Shown piece after piece: positions 22,835-24,000 of a stretch of DNA of 24,000 nucleotides; the stretch's first letter is position 1, and every line of letters begins with the position of its first letter. The position numbers and the translations under genes are program-made. This DNA is from Eubacterium saphenum ATCC 49989 (GTDB lineage Bacteria; Bacillota; Clostridia; Peptostreptococcales; Anaerovoracaceae). The stretch covers positions 950,187 to 974,186 of the forward strand of contig GG688422.1 of assembly GCA_000161975.1 (NCBI GenBank), read 5' to 3'. The notes under the pieces were generated by a model. That model saw only the letters and a list, made by a program, of their open reading frames with translations, was not told the origin of the DNA and ran no database searches.

Positions 22835-23368
22835 TTATGAAAAATGCTGCTGATATATACTGTTGTTTATTTTAAGCAATAACTTTTTAGTTACGGCATA
22901 CAGCATTATAGATTGCAAAGGTATGAGAATTGCCAGTTTTATAAGCCTTGACGTTATGAATGGAATGAATGGTGGCTTGTTCATAAAGAAAAAATATAGC
23001 CACGTTGAATTGAGTAAAAGGTCTATCACAAGGCTCAGCGCAGCAGATAACATGATGGAACGCTTTATTGATACGGGCTTATCGTGCAAAAATTTACCGC
23101 ATATATATCCTCCGAAGATTGCGGAAATCGTAAACCCTACAAAGAAGGTACCGTGAGGTAAAATCAGTGCTCCCATGATATCGCTGATCCCCGATGTCAA
23201 AGCAGATTTATTAGCTCCGAAGATCATGCCCATAGCTGCTGCTGATATAAATCCGAAGTCGAATTGCATACCGGCTATGGGGATTGCCAGTACATCGGCA
23301 AATAAGATGTTAAGGACTATGAGAATTGCGAGTCCTACAATTTCTCGGGTAGACATTGCAGTTTTCAT
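22835..23368 (-). CDS. folT: ECF-transporter substrate-specific (S) component, folate-family-like
   Basis: 177 aa with about 5-6 predicted TM helices. The pattern IVLNIL....L.IP......FGFI..A..GM.FG.......G..D..G....P.G.FF.GFT.SA...G...G.FL resembles FolT-type S components. The substrate assignment is tentative. Confidence 0.55.
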   Translation of the reverse strand: MKTAMSTREIVGLAILIVLNILFADVLAIPIAGMQFDFGFISAAAMGMIFGANKSALTSGISDIMGALILPHGTFFVGFTISAIFGGYICGKFLHDKPVSIKRSIMLSAALSLVIDLLLNSTWLYFFFMNKPPFIPFITSRLIKLAILIPLQSIMLYAVTKKLLLKINNSIYQQHFS

Positions 23369-23444
23369 TTTACTTCCTTTCCTCTTTTATGCATTTAAAA
23401 AACATGATAACATAATCAAAAGCAATTTTTCAAAGGAGCAGTAT

Positions 23445-24000
23445 ATGAAGGTGGGCTTTCTCACGCTTGGATGCAAGGTAAATCAATACGAAACTAGGGC
23501 TGTAGCGGAGAAATTTTCAAGCAGGGGCTATGAAGTTACAAGCGGTACAAAGGATGTTGACATAGCCATAATAAACAGCTGTAGCGTTACAAGTATGGCG
23601 GAAAAGAAGGTAAGACAGGCTATCAGAAAAATGAGGCGTGAAAATCCTGATTCCGTAATTGCGGTGATGGGCTGCTATCCTCAAAGGGACGGGGGAGCTG
23701 CGTTGAAAAGCTTAGGATGCAATGTAATCATAGGAAATGAATCAAAACTTGGCATAGTGGAAAAAGTTGAAAAATTTTTAAAAGAACAATCTGTGATTAT
23801 AGATGTTACCGACATAAACAGGTGCAAAACGTTTGAAAATATACAGGCTACCTGCGATATAGACGGCAGGAAGAGGGCATATATTAAAATCCAGGATGGC
23901 TGCGACAGGTATTGCACCTACTGCATAATTGCACATGTAAGGGGGCAGGTGAGAAGCAAAAAGGTAGATGATATATATGAAGAAGCTAAGAAGCTTGTAG
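23445..24000 (+). CDS. mtaB: tRNA (N6-threonylcarbamoyladenosine) methylthiotransferase MtaB-like radical-SAM enzyme, 5' part (continues past the window end)
   Basis: Absent from the ORF track because there is no stop inside the window. ATG 23445 has SD aaaggag upstream. Hand translation gives MKVGFLTLGCKVNQYETRAVAEKF..GYEV...DVDIAIINSCSVTS (MTTase N-terminal Cys triad), VMGCYPQ and the radical-SAM motif IQDGCDRYCTYC. Confidence 0.8.
   Translation, partial: MKVGFLTLGCKVNQYETRAVAEKFSSRGYEVTSGTKDVDIAIINSCSVTSMAEKKVRQAIRKMRRENPDSVIAVMGCYPQRDGGAALKSLGCNVIIGNESKLGIVEKVEKFLKEQSVIIDVTDINRCKTFENIQATCDIDGRKRAYIKIQDGCDRYCTYCIIAHVRGQVRSKKVDDIYEEAKKLV

Noticed and set aside
23369-23444. THF riboswitch upstream of the folT-like gene
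   Set aside because: Only 76 nt separate it from the divergent mtaB start, which is too short for the roughly 90-100-nt aptamer plus a promoter. No THF-like conserved segments were seen on the minus strand.

Overview
Chromosomal window from a low/mid-GC Firmicute, probably Clostridia, judged from glmU-prs-pth-mfd and hup/S4 synteny, tRNA-Thr upstream of tuf, and genomically encoded CCA on all 14 tRNAs. Most of it is housekeeping. Genes in order: recJ (3' part) and an S41 C-terminal processing protease; on the minus strand uraA, then deoD, a DtxR/MntR-family repressor and a CaCA-type cation exchanger; a DUF3793-like protein and flavodoxin; a 693-aa Listeria-Bacteroides-repeat/FN3-like protein with no signal peptide; tRNA-Thr(GGU) and tuf; murC, a GlmU-like protein with only the acetyltransferase half, prs, pth and mfd; a lipoprotein with a trigger-factor-type FKBP domain; a 13-tRNA operon; hup; an S4-domain protein; an ECF-type S component (minus strand); and the 5' part of mtaB. 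The stand-out is an AT-rich insert at about 9.44-10.25 kb between the repeat protein and tRNA-Thr/tuf. It holds three perfect head-to-tail copies (plus a partial fourth) of a 44-nt unit, then a hairpin/T-tract, then a 193-aa ORF with the conserved blocks of ToxN/AbiQ endoribonucleases. This is the architecture of a type III (RNA antitoxin / protein toxin) toxin-antitoxin abortive-infection module, here with a repeat unit I do not recognise as any described ToxI/AntiQ/CptI sequence. The six-frame track does not reveal the RNA array and places the toxin start inside repeat copy 3. Secondary observations: the domain-truncated GlmU, the signal-less repeat protein, a 24-nt motif shared by two promoter-upstream regions, and several intergenic repeats and hairpins.
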